Below, piece by piece: positions 38,821 through 52,376 of a DNA stretch of 64,000 nt (position 1 is its first letter; each line of letters starts with the position of its first letter). The DNA comes from Mobula hypostoma. Lineage: Eukaryota. A model generated the notes under the pieces. The model made no database searches, had not been told where the DNA came from, and saw nothing but the letters and a program-made list of their open reading frames with translations. Location: contig NW_026948219.1 in the NCBI RefSeq assembly GCF_963921235.1, positions 806,001 through 870,000 of the forward strand, read 5' to 3'. A program made the position numbers and the translations under genes.

Positions 38821-38838
38821 TGGTGTCACGAACAGGAT
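38821..38838 (+). promoter_or_regulatory. Primer-binding site complementary to the tRNA-Ser(CGA) 3' end
   Basis: TGGTGTCACGAACAGGAT versus expected TGGCGTCACGAACAGGAT (complement of ...ATCCTGTTCGTGACG-CCA, recalled vertebrate tRNA-Ser-CGA). Confidence 0.8.
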
Positions 38839-39180
38839 CTCAATATAGGGAGTGCCAAGCAGACGGGCTGAATAAGTGTCTGGACCACTCTGGGGACTGC
38901 GGAGACTGACTGGGTGCCCAATAGGTATTTTACCTTTTGTCACTCTCCCCTTAGTTCCTTTGGAGGTACGGTCCCTCACCCAAGGCTGATCGCATACCTT
39001 GACAGGATGGGGAAAGAATCTGTCGGGAGTCTCGTATAAGGTAGGGAAAATTTTACTAAGTGGGCAGGAGGCAGACGTGCCGGGTAAATTTATCAACTGA
39101 GCAGGAAGTGCCAGCTGGGTAAATTTATCTGATTGTTAATTGAGCAGAAGGCTTTGTGCCAGATAAGTTACTTGGAGAAC

Positions 39181-40740
39181 ACGGGTCAATTGCAGTCGAT
39201 TGATACGAGTGGGCCAGGAACAGCCCTACACAATATGTGTCAGAGTTTTCAAGACAAGGAAAAAGCTTTACGAATGTTGAGTGCAGGGCTGAATAAGAAA
39301 TTGGGGAACAAAATGAGGCCACTGGTGGGAAGCGGGTGTGGAACCTGGAATATTACCTCATGAAAACAAGCAGTAAATTTGATTTGGAAAAAGCACTGTG
39401 GAAAGAAGTGGAAATTGTTGAAAAGGGAATGGAAGGGAAAGGCAGATGTAAAGTGGAACAGTATATGATCAGCAAGTTGGAGGAATAATGCATGTGACAA
39501 AGGGATAGAGGTATGTACTCCAGAAGGAACGCCAAAGGTTGGGAGACGCTAAAAGCGGAGCATGAATGGGTGGATGGGCACCGAAAACGAGAGCAGGAAA
39601 AACAACGTAAGCAAAACAAGACCGAGATAGGAGAGAAGGGCAGGAACGTCAGTCTGAAGTTCAAACTGATTGGGAAACAAGGAATCCCAAACCCATGTCT
39701 GCATACCGACCCGGTTTGAGGACAGTGACCGTGATGAGCAGTGGGCACCCACCATAACCCCCACCCACCTTATCAGGGGCCAAGTGCACCCAATGCTCCT
39801 GAACCCCAATCCTCCCAGTACTCAGATACAGTGGCCGCTCGGGTCAAACAGCAGTGGCAGGGAAGGGGAGGTTCTCTATACCCTGAGATCCAGAAAGGGA
39901 ATACAGAGGATTATTCCGAGACAGGGAGGGAAGAATCCAATAAAACCCCAGAGTTAATGGCTCCACAAAGACAATTGCCGACCCGAATGCTGCCCAGTCC
40001 ACGAGTAGCTGAGGAGGGACAGTCCTCAATGATTCCTGTGTTTGCACCCTGGAAGCTTCAAGAAATGATAATGATTATGATTCAGGCCCCAGATAGAAAA
40101 GAAAGACCTGCACAGTTTGCTCAGTATGTCCTCAGTATTATACAAATGTATAATGCGACACCGCAAGATTTATTCTGTCTCTGCTGCATGATTCTCTCAG
40201 CTGATGAGGGGCAGAAATGCAAAGCAGAATTGAGATACCAAACCTATCAGGAGTTACAGGTGGGAAACCACAATGAGAATGAACAGACAGACCAGATTAT
40301 TCAAGCCTTGGAAGGGCTCTCCAGCAACCTGTAAACATCAGTAAAGTACCTGAATGCAAACCGAAGCCTGGGGAATCAGGACCAGACTATTGGGAGCGAT
40401 TTCTGGCCTGCTGCAGCACTTTCGCAGGACACCAAGCCTTCAATGATGGGAATCTGTCCCCCCAGTTTAATGCCTTTCTTCTCCTATGCTTACCAACTAA
40501 GTTAGCCAACATGATTAAGACAAATAATATGGATCAGCCTGACAATGACCAAAATCGAATGCGACGAGCTTTAATATATTATTGGGACCCGGCTTTCGAA
40601 TCCCGATCAACCCCGAAAGGAACCAATATTAAAGCTGAATATGTTCAGCGGGTAGAAGGATGCGAGCAGGCTATATCTGGGATCAGAAATGGGAACACAA
40701 ACCTACCACGCGACAGGTGGGGACAACAACCCGTTTAGAA
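39181..40740 (+). pseudogene. gag: ERV gag remnant
   Basis: ACG-GGT-CAA-TTG-CAG-TCG gives a (M)GQLQS myristoylation-type start with mutated ATG. Capsid-like PWKLQEM...APDRKERPAQF...YNATPQD and MHR-like KPKPGESGPDYWERF. Multiple stops and frameshifts. Confidence 0.7.
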
Positions 40741-40766
40741 ATTGACAAACAAGGACACTTCCTGCT

Positions 40767-43639
40767 GTGAGTACCACCCCTCAGGAAAAGCCCAATGAAA
40801 TATTGCAAGTTGCTGCAATTCCATTTACGGGGGCCACCACAACCACTCTTAATCAGGAAATAGTACTGGAAAAGGGATTCCAGCCATCAGACACTACAAT
40901 CACTCTGTCAGGGAGAGACTTGCTCTGTCCGCTGGAAGTCGAGATTCTATGCACGGACAAGGGTATCACCCTGGGACTAGCGAACAACCGACAGCTTCCC
41001 CAGTTACCAACCCCTCCAGTGGTGGGAACTTAATCTGGACTTCACTGCGTTTGAAACCCTTCTGCCAGAGGTCGACCCTCATGTGACTCTGCTATGACCC
41101 GACAGGGTACTCAACTGAGGAAAGCCAATATTATGCACCCCTCGAGGGACAGAAGTTCCCAGTCAACATGATTGGAGAGTTTACAGGAAGAGAGGGCAGT
41201 GCATTACTGGCTGAAGTTCCGGATTTCCTTTGGCGACAGACAGGACTGGTGGTTCCCCATACCACTGTTAGGGTTTTCCCTGGGTTCAAGCCAAAGAGCC
41301 TAGGGCTCCTTGTCTACACCCTGATGAAACAAGCCTCCAGCACCAAAGGAGAACCGGCAAGGCTTGGCCGCGGGCCAACTCCAATACTGGAAGGAGTCTG
41401 GGGTGAAGATGGGACATCTGGTAAGACACTCTTTTAATATTGACCGAACTCAAGACGTTGTATCCCATCTCTGGGCAAATTCAGGCCATGAAGTCAGCCG
41501 CACCAACTGTCCCGCTGTCCGGATCACCGTGAAAGGAGGACAGACTCTCCCATCCATTCCGCAATACCCCTTCAAGCCCGAGGCAACATTTTATGTGGAT
41601 GAAAGCTCTTTTGTGGATCCAGCAGGAAAACGATATTCTGGCTATGCGACAGTGACGGACAGTGAAATAGTTGAGCAGGCCTCTTTTGAGTCAGCTGTCT
41701 CCGCCCAGAAGGCTGAGCTGTTTGCTCTGACTCGTGCCTATATCCTAGCAACAGACTAAACTGCAAATGCTTACACAGACTCCCGTTATGCATTTGGAAT
41801 TGTGCGTGACTACGAGGCTCTCTGGGAACATGGGGATTCCTGACTTCCTCTGGCCACCCCATTAGTAATGCCACCTTTGTAAACAACTTACTCACTGCTC
41901 TACAGCTACCTCGAGTTTTGGCTATTATTACATGTGCAGCCCACACCCACAAGTCCGACCGGGTCACTAAAGGCAACGCTTTAGCAGATTAGACAGCGAA
42001 AAGTGCGACACAATCCTCAGTAGTTGTCGTCCCCTCGGGTTCCTGTCAAGCAACCCTCCGTGACTGAAGCAGAACGGTTTTCCCAGATATGCGGGAGGTA
42101 AATACTTTACGGGGGGACGTCTCTGAGGAGGAGCGCAAACTGTGGTCCCAGATGGAGGACCAGAAAGACCTCGCCCTAAGTTTTTGAATCACCCCAGCGA
42201 GACAGGTTTGTGTTCCTACACAGTTTTTACCAATATTGGTCGATTATATACATAATTGTAGACACCTGTAGAAGAATGAGGGGAGATTTGATAGAGGTTT
42301 ACAAAATTATGAGGGGAATAGACAGAGTAAATACAAGTAGGCTCTTTCCACAGATTAGGAGAGATAATTAAGAGAGGACATGGCTTTAGGGTGAAAGGAG
42401 AAAGGTTTAGGGGTAACATTAGGGGCAACTTCTTCACTCAGAGAGCAGTGGGAGTGAGGAACGAGCTGCCATCTGACGTGGTAAATGTGGGCTCACTCTT
42501 AAGTTTTAAGAATAAATTGGATAGATACATGGATGGGAGAGGTCTGGAGGTTATGGACTGGTTGCAGGTCAATGAGACCAGCGGAATAAAGTTTTGGCAC
42601 AGACTAGAAGGGCTGAATGGCCTGTTTTCTGTGCTGTAGTGTTCTGTGGTTCTGGGATTCTGGGAAAGGAGGGAATGGTTGGTAACCTGTATCCTGCACA
42701 CTGGGTATGACTCCCTTACCAAGTGAACCTTCTTCATGTCTACAAGTTGATTTTATTGAATTGCCTAGAGTACATTGCTATAGATACTGCTTAGTTATTA
42801 TAGATGCGTTTAGTAGATGGACTGAAGCTATTCCAACTACCAGTATGCTATGACTATAAGGAACGTATTATTACGGGAAATAATTCCCAGGTACGGCCTG
42901 CCAGAGATACTGAGCTCTGAAAATGGCCCACACTTAGTGGTGAAAGTAAACGAAGAGGAATGTAAAAAAATTAGCTATCAAGCAACAATTGCACTGTGTG
43001 CATCACCTGCGGGTCGCTGGCATAGTGGAGAGAGCCAATTGCACTCTGAAGAGTAAATTGGCCAAACTAACAGTGGAGACTGGACTCACTTGGTTGAAGG
43101 TCCTACCGTTAGCCCTATTCCACATGATGGTGACTCCCAGGGTAAAACAAGGTTGTCACCAGCTGAAATCATTTATGGATGGCCCATGAGGACACACTGG
43201 GGACCAAGACCTTGTGTACCACTGCTCCAAGAAAGTCTACCAGCAAAATTTGATATGCATACCCTAGGGGAAGAGATGGGAAAATACATATGCAAACTAA
43301 CAGCCATGATCATACTGCATGGCGGTGCAGGCTCGAAGGGCCGAATGGCCTAGTCCTGCACCTATTTTCTATGTTTCTAACCAAAATTTCCAAACATCAC
43401 ATTCACAGGTACGACAGACTTACAAGGAAGAGAACTACCCCCCAGAGAGGAGTGACTATCCCACCATAGAACCTGGGGATTTTGTCCTGATCAAGAACTG
43501 GGATCGAGGGAAACTTGGACGTCAGTGGAGAGGACCATATCAGGTGTTACTGACCACTCCCACAGCTGTGAAACTGAAGGGGCAATCTCGGTGGATACAT
43601 CGAACAGACTGCCAACATGTTAGTGAAGGAACTGAGTAG
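40767..43639 (+). pseudogene. pol: ERV pro-pol remnant: protease, 2H-like domain, RT deleted, RNase H, integrase (with CR1 inserts at ~42268-42650 and ~43303-43378)
   Basis: PF-TGATTTTL and SGRDLL (pro); FYVDESS, SAQKAELFALTRA and YTDSRYAFG (RNase H); QVDFIELP, IDAFSRWTEA, IIPRYGLPE, GIVERAN and WRGPYQVLLTTPTAVK (IN and GPY/F). Confidence 0.88.
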
Positions 43640-43664
43640 AAGGACTCTCTCCGACGAAAGGAAA

Positions 43665-44255
43665 ATGTATTGGTTGATAGCGGAGTTCTTGTTTATGTCT
43701 TTCAGAGGGCTCACCCCAGCATCCGGGGGCCCCCATGTTAACACCTTTCTGTCTCTCTGTCACACCTCTGCTAAACAGGTAGAACTAGGGGCCTGCTGGG
43801 CTTGTGCCAAACTTCTGCAGCATGGTAAAACTATGATTCCAATGTCAGTAATCCCGCTCAACCAGAGTGAGGAACTCTCAGCCTGGGCTTTCTGAAATAA
43901 CAACCGGGGAAGTGAGGTGAGGAACCGTGGTCCGGTCAGAGATGACTGTGGCTGTCAGTGTTTTGAGGGATGGTATCTCAGGCCCCACCAAACAGAACTT
44001 CCTATACTGGGAAACATGCATCCTGGCCATACTTGCAGGTGCCCAGCAGCAGAGAGGAATAACTGAGACTGAACGATTTTGGATGATCACTTTTCTCTCC
44101 TATGGAGTAGCCAGGAATTCATGAGAGATAATCAATCTGGCTGCAGCACTTGAGGAGCTGGCCACAATACTGCAGGGGCCCTGACAGAAACACAGGCCCA
44201 AGTGACAGAAATATCCACTGAAATGGTTGCAATACGGCACCTGTCCTACAGAATC
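43665..44255 (+). pseudogene. env: ERV env remnant (gamma-type SU/TM), internally deleted
   Basis: Signal-peptide-like MYWLIAEFLFM; NTFLSL...CWAC (CxxC); QQR|GITETERFWMITF fusion-peptide region; heptad repeat; truncated at VLQN of the immunosuppressive domain. Confidence 0.75.
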
Positions 44256-44259
44256 CTAT

Positions 44260-44640
44260 GCTAAGCCATGCTAAGCCATATTTCCTCTTGAGGGTATCTA
44301 GCTAGGGTTTCAGGATGCTTATCTCATTGTGCACTCATGCGTAGAGATAGAACAGCTTCAGTCTGTTCTGTGTGTGTAAGCCATTATGACTATTTTGTAA
44401 TTTGTCTGTAGGGGCTGTCATGTAGTAAATAACTTCGGCTCCAGCCTGTCTTGTGTGGGGGGTATCTGGACGGATATATCTGTGGTGTAAGGGGAATTGT
44501 TAGTCAGTTAGTGGATTGGGCGGGAACAGTCATGGACTGTTCCTCTTTGAGCGACGAACCGAATAAGCCCCGGGTGCTTGGAATAAAGAGTTTGTACTTC
44601 TACCGTCTCTGAGTGACTTTATCCCGATTCGACTTCCACA
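44260..44640 (+). mobile_element. LTR-like segment, not matching the 5' LTR
   Basis: AATAAA at 44582 and terminal ...GTCTCTGAGTGACTTTATCCCGATTCGACTTCCACA, which resembles the 5' LTR U5 end only. Confidence 0.45.
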
Positions 44641-44830
44641 GAATGGGAGTGGTTTTAAAGGGCTGGGCTGCTGGAAGCACATTACCAGACCTGGAGTGAT
44701 TGCAGCTGGGTCTGACAGAGGGATAACAGGTTATTCTGGCAACATTCAGTCTCACTCCAACTATTTCCTACCTTCCTTTGTACAGGTATGCAATGTCTAA
44801 AGGACCAGTGTTTGAGTAAGTGAGACTCAC

Positions 44831-44994
44831 CAAACTTTCTCCTGACTGAATCACTGGATTCTCCGTGTCAGATGGGTTCTCTCCAGTTGATGCTCTCAAC
44901 CCTTGGGCTGGTTCACTTGTTGCTGTTCCCTCGTCTTCAGTCGTGGTTTGCCTCCAGTTGGGGTTTTTCTTCCAATAAATCTCTCACCGCAGGT
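44831..44994 (-). other. Candidate upstream (probably 5' UTR) exon of the ZNF gene
   Basis: Minus-strand acceptor ...CATGTTAAAGTTAG| and donor TTTG|GTGAGT in non-repetitive-looking sequence. Confidence 0.35.
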
Positions 44995-47434
44995 CTAACT
45001 TTAACATGAAAGATAATGAAGCCCATTAACAATAAAAAGGAGAAACAAACATTTCTGCTTCATGTTGCTAAGAACAAAACTCACTGAAATTTAATCGTTG
45101 AAGGCAAATATAATGATCTCAGTGAACAATCTTTTATAGTCCCTCACACGTCACAAAACAATATGGGAGAAGGAGCCATCATTCAGTTATGTTAAGACAT
45201 CAGACACAGGAACAGAATTAGGTGATTTGATCTATCTGGCCTGCCCCACTCAAGCATGGCTGATTTTTATTCCAACACCATATTCCTGCCCTCCTCCTAT
45301 AACCCTGAAGCTATTTAGCAATCATGAATATATTAATCTCTGTCATAAATACACCCAGATGGCAGCCTCAACCAACCTCTGCAGCAACAAATTCCACAGA
45401 TCAGACATCTTTTGGCCAAAAATTTTTTCTCATCTCAGTTTTAAAGGGAAGCATCTTTATTCTGAGACTATGCTGTCAGATCACAGACTCTCCGTCTAAT
45501 GGAAACATCCTCTCCATGTCCACTGTATCCAGGCTTTTCTGCATTCGGTAGGTTTACTTAACCATACATCCCTTCACCACCCCAACTGTCCCTCTGAACT
45601 CCATTGAGCACAGGCCCAGAACCATCAAATTCTCCTCATACATAAAGCCGATCATTCCTGATATTATTCATGTAAACCTGGTTAGCAACAACTGCACTGA
45701 ACACGTTTCCAGGATTAACAGACAAATTGGTACCAGGATAATTTACAGTGAAAAGTTGTGCTTTCTTTACTGTTCTACTATCACAGAACTAGCCACTTCC
45801 ATTTCCAGGTTAAAACAGGTTCATTTCAGGAAATATAAACCATTCCAGGGTGAATGTAATAAAAAGAAACTGGAATTACCAGAAACGTTCAGCAGGTTAG
45901 GAACAGCTGTGGGGAGACGAACAAACTTTACAATTCAGGTTAATAATGTTTCGTCAGAATGACTTCAAACACTTTTAGTTTTTAGTGCAGATCTCCAGCG
46001 ACTTAAGATTCGGCTTGACTTCCACTGAGTGACAGACAGGTGACAGTTAGGGGCGAATTTGCAAACACAGTTTGAACACCAAACTCACGGGTCTGTTTCT
46101 ACTGTTGTAAACATGGAACAGCTCATTTACTCATAGATTCTCCCTGTGAGGATGGAATGGGAACTCATCCTCTCCTCAGATGAACAGCCATTGCATCCAA
46201 AGGAACTCCAGAAACAAACATCTGATCCCAGACAGAAATACTCGCTCAACACCTCATGAGCCCAAGCAGTTCAATCCCTGGGTCCATTTTACCTGAATCA
46301 AAAACTCTCATATCCCAGGACACAACTTCACAGAGTCACACAGCTGAACCGGGCACTCACTGACCCGGAAAATCTCACACATCATCCCCGCAACTCACAC
46401 TGGGTAGTGCAATCTGGGATTTCCCCACAACCAATGTCCAGCTGCTCGAAATCTCTGCTTCATTGCAGAGGGACGACCATCCAGCCCCATCTATAGAAGC
46501 ACTAACCAAAGTCAAAGCCAAAACAGCGACAGTTCCATATGCCTGGAAGGTTGATCACAGGATTATAGCCCAAGCACCAACTCTCCCAGTACTCTCTGCT
46601 AACAGTAATATGCTGCAGTGTGTCAGCCAGTCACAGTTCAAAAACCAGCACCTCCGCACCAATGCACAACACAACTGGTACCTGATGACCCTCTGGCATT
46701 CCAGCTAAGAAAAACTGATTCTGGAAATAACTCAGCAAGGCCAAAGGTGTAAAAGAACACTTCACAATGAAGACAAAGGTTAGAAGAAAGATTGCTGATG
46801 TATAACATTGAGGAGGTGGGACACAGGGTGGACCAAGGTTGACCCAGATGGTTGATACACATCACTGAATAGGGGGCGGGGGGTGAGGAGACTGGACCGT
46901 GGTTGAACAAGATAGGGAGCGATGAGCAGATGGAACCAGGTGGGAGAAGGGATCAAGGACGATCACTGATGGTCCTTCAGCAATACACAGATACTGAATG
47001 AATAATACATACAACTGTATAAAATGACAAAGTTAGAACAAACAACAAGAACATTCCCATTTATATTTTGACCCTCACCAAATTTTTATCAACACACCAT
47101 AGAAAGTTTCCCATGCGGACACTTCACGCCTTTGCATGGTAATTACTCTGCCCGTGACGGCGAGGAACTGCAGAGACCTTTGGATACAGACCAGCACATC
47201 ATAGAAACCATGCTCCCCCTAGACTTCCCAGTCCCTCGGTAAAGCAGAAGCAGACAGTGAAATCAAAGACCTCCCCAACCTGGGTCATCCTCCTTTCTCA
47301 CCCACCCCAGTCCGGGAGAAGATACAACAGCTCAAGGAGAAATGCAAGGTGCCTCAGGAAGCGAGGCGAGTTGGGGGAAGTTAATGGGACTCAGTGACCA
47401 ACATCAGAATTCCCAACACACCATGGAGAAAACT

Positions 47435-47528
47435 TCACACATAAAAGTTGCTGGTGAACGCAGCAGGCCAGGCAGCATCTCTAGGAAGAGGTACAGTCGA
47501 CGTTTCGGGCCGAGACCCTTCGTCAGGA
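47435..47528 (-). mobile_element. Short Penelope pLTR fragment with truncated hammerhead motif
   Basis: Matches the pLTR at 18313-18399 and 22080-22167. Confidence 0.8.
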
Positions 47529-48039
47529 GGAAGAATCACCATCCATCCGGGGACTGTGAGACAGACACCACAAGATCTTGCGTCACAAAGCAGAGGGCGG
47601 GGCAGATCTGCGGTAAATAGCCTCACGTGACCTGTTGGCGGGACTTCCATTTCAATTCTGCGGAAATAGACAGCCTGGGCTCCTGGTTTGGGTCGTTGAA
47701 TGCAGATTAAGTGAAGTCTACACATTTTTTCGAGCCCAGATAACTGGGTACTAAATGAGTAATTGGCCCTCAGTTCGGGGCTCACGGCCAACATCAGATC
47801 TCCCCGCTCGGGATCAGTCTCAGTACTCACCGCTGGGAAAACTGATATCTTCGGCCTGCGGACAGTGATCCCGACCCCCGGCTCCCCGACCCAGGAGGCG
47901 AGGGCCCTTTCCCGATGCCGCAGAAGATCCGCTTCAGCACTGAGCGGAAAGGAAAACACCGCCCACCTGGAGACTGTGAGCATGTGCGAAGTGATTGTTA
48001 CTCTGGCACCTCTGTAAAAATTAAAGTCAAAATTAACGA

Positions 48040-50755
48040 GCGGAGACTTCCGCCTGCAGCTCAATGGAGTAACACATAAATTCTGTGGCTGACTTTAATT
48101 CCTCCTTTCCCCCAGTCTAAACCTTGAATTGTTTAACTTTTATTTTCTGGATCTTGGAGGGAAATAGTGGTTATGATGTCGTATCCTTTAAGAAGTGGAA
48201 AACAGCCTTTTGAACCCAGCAATGGAAAGGAAAAAACTTCGAAAGAAAAATCAGAAGACATGCCTGTCTGGGCTGAGCGTTTGGAACGTACATTGATGGC
48301 TCTCAATAACAAAATGGATAATAACACTTCTGAGTTGAAGTCCTTCCGACAGAGTTTACAGACTATTGAGGAAAATATTCTTTCCTTGAATACTGAGCTT
48401 AAAGAATCGAAACGTCAGATTGTGGATATTTCAACCCGACTGGAACAGGCTCAACGCAAAATTGTCGATTTAGAGGCAAAGTCTCATTGAAATAACATTC
48501 ATATTCTGGGTCTTCCGGAACACTCTGAATCTGGGAATCTACTGGATTATTTTGCCAATCTGTTTCAATCTCTGTTCCCGGATATTCTATCTCAGCCTCC
48601 CAAGATTGAAAGAGCTCACAGAATTTTTACTTTGTCAGGTAAAGCTCGACCAATTTTAGTCAACTTTCTTCGCTTTAAAGTTAAAGATCAAATCATAAAA
48701 TGTGCAAGAAAACAGAAAGCTTTTAAATTTAACGGTTCCGAGATCCGTTTTTATGAAGATTATCCATGGGAAGTTATGGAACAACGGATGAAATTCATAC
48801 TGGTCATGAAAATCGCTTACGAAAAGACTCTTTTTCCATCTTTGAGATATCCAGCGAAACTAAAGTTATTTCCCAAAGACTCTACCCCTGGTGTCTTCTT
48901 GGATCCCCAAGCGGCATTGGATTTTGTCAATTCTATTGTGGAATCGGCTGAAGTATGAAGGATATTAGAGTCTCCGAATAATTTTCTGAAAGAAAACAGG
49001 TTTTGAAGATCTCGGTATGCTGAAGATATCTTTTGATTGATGGATTACTTAACGAAGAGGTGGCCTTCTTGGTTTGATTAAAGAATGACTTTTTTTTTGA
49101 AGACTGTTTAGTATACGGAGTGAATTAATACAGCGGATAGATTGTGAACTGGTTTGATTATCTGCTTCTATTTTTCTTTTTCTTTATTAATTAAGCGATA
49201 GTTTGCTTGCAGTTTATATAGATTTTTTTTCCTTATATTATGGAGTGTTTAGTAATAGATAAATAGCTTTAATTCTTTTGTTAAGTAAGGCAGTAAGTTA
49301 AAGAATAATGGTGCTGATTTTCTCTCTTTAGAGATGAAACTGTTTGGGTCAATAGTATTGTTTTGATGTCTTTGGAGACTGTCTCCGTATTCCTTTAGCC
49401 TATTTTCAATGATTAAGTATAAACATCTTTTTTCTTTGCTGGGCTTTCTTATCTTAAGGTTACGTACTTTCGTTGTAAGGGGGAGGGAGGAATTGGAAAA
49501 AAAAACTTTTAATCATTATTTAAATTGAGCGGCACGTGGAATTCCGTTCCTATGTTTCTTTTCTTGGGGATGTGTTCCGGCTTTTTCTCTCTTTTGCCGG
49601 ATTTCCTTCTTTGGGGATGGTGGGAGGTTTGAGGGTATTTTTGTATTTTAGGGTTTATTGTGGGATTTTTTCCCCACACACACTTTTTGTATTTTTTCCC
49701 ATTATGCGTGTTTTCTATTTGGTTATGTTCATCACCGCCATCTTTGATTAGCCCGCTATGGTATGCGTTTATTGTCGTGTTTAAGAATAATATCCAATGG
49801 TATTTAAACAGATAAACGTTATTAGCTGGAACGTACGTGGCTGGAATCACCCTATTAAGTGAAGGAAGACATTTAAAGTTATTAATTGATTCCAGCACGA
49901 TATAATTTTTGCTCAAGAAACGCATATCAGAACAGGCGATCAAAATAGATTTCTTAAAACATGGAAGGGCCTTCAATACCATGCTACTTGTCAAAATAAA
50001 ACAAAGGGAGTATCTATTTTTATTAAATCTAATATTTTATTTATTCAAGAAGACATTGTTTCAGATAATAACTGTAGATCTTTAATTATTAAAGGAACAA
50101 TTTGTAACAGAAAAATTGTCCTGGTTAATCTTTACGGACCTAATGTAGATGATCCTTCTTTTTTTGAAAAATGTATTTGGTTTATTACCAGATTTAAATG
50201 AATATATGCTGCTGATGGGAGGTGACTTCAACTGTTGTTTAAACCCTTTGATTGACAAAAGTTCAACCAATCAGCAGCTTCCAAGTCGTTCGGAGACACT
50301 TATTAATTCCTTTTTAACTGATTATGGTTTGATAGAAATCTGGAGAAATTTACATCCCAATGACAGAGATTATTCTTTTTATTCACATGTTCATAATAAA
50401 TAGTCGAGAATGGATTATTTTATAGCTGATTTCCAATTTTTGTCCAAAGTCCAGAATTGTGAATATGATGCTATTGCAGTCTCGGACCATGAGCCTTTAA
50501 GTTTAACTTTTGAGCTAAATGATGTTAGTAATGTAAATTTGCCTTGGCGCTTTCCAGAAAATTTATTACAAAGTTCGGACTTTGTTAAATTTATAGAGAT
50601 TCAGATAAAAGATGTCTTTCCTTTTAATAATACCAGAGATGTTTCCAAATTGATTACATGGGATACACTCAAAGCATATTTGCGAGGTCAGATAACATCT
50701 TACTTGACGAAACTTAAGAAACAGACAAAAATAGAGTTAGATAAAATTAACAAGC
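48040..50755 (+). mobile_element. L1-clade LINE 5' portion (ORF1 48176-48958 with one stop; ORF2 endonuclease from ~49797), 3'-truncated
   Basis: ORF1 coiled coil, NNIHILGLPE, KIERAHR and IRFYEDY; EN ISWNVRG, AQETH, GGDFN, SRMDYF and VSDHEP. Confidence 0.9.
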
Positions 50756-52204
50756 GGGGAATTTAACAGCGGCCGCATATTAAATAGAGGGAACTTTACG
50801 GAAGCACGGTTTGGGGAGAGGGGGTGTTGGCTGTTGGGGAAAATACCTCTAATAACATTAGGATATTTGATGGTGTTTTGTGAAATCCTGGAGCTGTGAC
50901 TGTTTCTTATTTAGGTATTTGTGAAATTCCTCCTCGCTCGACCCGTTGTCCCAGGAAGCTGGGAAATACCTGTAAACAAGTGTGAGCATTTTCCGCTCTT
51001 TCCAATGGGTGCCATTGGATTCCAGGAAGGAGCCATATTAAGCAAGGAATGAACTTCGAAACCTAAGTTTAAAAGTTGAAAATAATGAAAGAAAAATTCA
51101 CTGCTCGCTTATCTTCGGCCTGATCTTGATGAAATATTCAAGGTAATCATCCAAAATCCTCTTCTACACCGGGATAAATTTACTTTTTTTTCACAAGCCA
51201 AATGAAAAAAAAACATTTCTAGGCTATAAGCTAGTTTTACGTCACTTCGACTATCATTAATAGCGGATCAACCCCTTGGCCGAGCTCCACCAACTGTAGT
51301 TAATTGGAAAGAGGCTGTTTTTCTCTTCGTGTTGATAGGAAAAAGAATAATTTAGTGAGGCAATGAACGAGACAAAACGCATTTCCAAACCTCCCAAATG
51401 GTTGCTCTCTTCCCATTAACATCTTTCACTTCCAAACTATGATATTTTCTATTCGTATAGATTCGATAATACTTTATGTAAAGATTCAAGCTTCTTTAAC
51501 TTTTTATATATTTAAAGACTAAACAGAAGCTGTATTGGTCTAACCATGTAATACCCCATGTGTGATGATATTGTGAGTATCGACACTCACAAGTATACTT
51601 CCTGTCCAACCATTTCTGCGAGAGAAATAGTACGAGGCAGAAATGCCAACCTGCCACTTTCGATACTAATATTCAGCAATATTCGTGGCTTTAGCAAAAG
51701 TTCATTAGACGTTCTTTTTTCATACTTGATTACTTGCTTCCAATTTAGGTATCTAAAAGTGTAAAAAGCGTATTTGCTTTATTTCTGTTATTTTTATACC
51801 TGCTTAGGAACACTGCTAAGCGCTGTGGGCCCTGCTGTCTGCTCTGACTCAGTCGTATTAGTCAGGCTACCTCTGTGGTGGTCCGTGGATTACTCGCTAA
51901 TACAAAAGTAAATTTTTCTCTCTAACAACCCTGTGGCTTCTAAGCAAACAACATTACTTTACTTGCCTGATAATGGTATTTTATGATAATTAGTGAGTAC
52001 AACCGTGCAACACTTTGTCATATTATTAAATAAAGTATTATATGTTTTATTGTACCAGTTATACACTGAAATCTCCTGACAGGCTATAAGTTTGTTAATG
52101 TCTTAACTATCACGATATTTCTGTGGAGGTCTGGAATTCATATATTTCTTTCATTTTGGTTTAGTGCTTGACATTATAAGAAGCCGTATTCATATTCATA
52201 TATA

Positions 52205-52220
52205 TGTGTGTGTGTGTGTG

Positions 52221-52257
<37 letters not shown>
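52205..52257. repeat. (TG)n(GA)n microsatellite
   Basis: Dinucleotide runs. Confidence 0.9.
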
Positions 52258-52261
<4 letters not shown>

Positions 52262-52278
52262 CAGAGACACATTATATA

Positions 52279-52375
52279 ATGTCACACCCAATTTGTGTAC
52301 CTGCTCATTACATGAATGGGACAAGGAAGTTACCCAGTACATGAAATGAGCAGGTACACACATCGGGTGTGACAT
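52279..52375. mobile_element. ~97-bp hairpin / MITE-like palindrome
   Basis: ATGTCACACCC.AT.TGTGTACCTGCTCATT ... AATGAGCAGGTACACA.ATCGGGTGTGACAT. Confidence 0.6.
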
Positions 52376-52376
52376 A

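Noticed and set aside
50760-52150. Unexplained AT-rich segment after the truncated L1
   Set aside because: No convincing ORF, terminal repeats or motif could be identified by eye.
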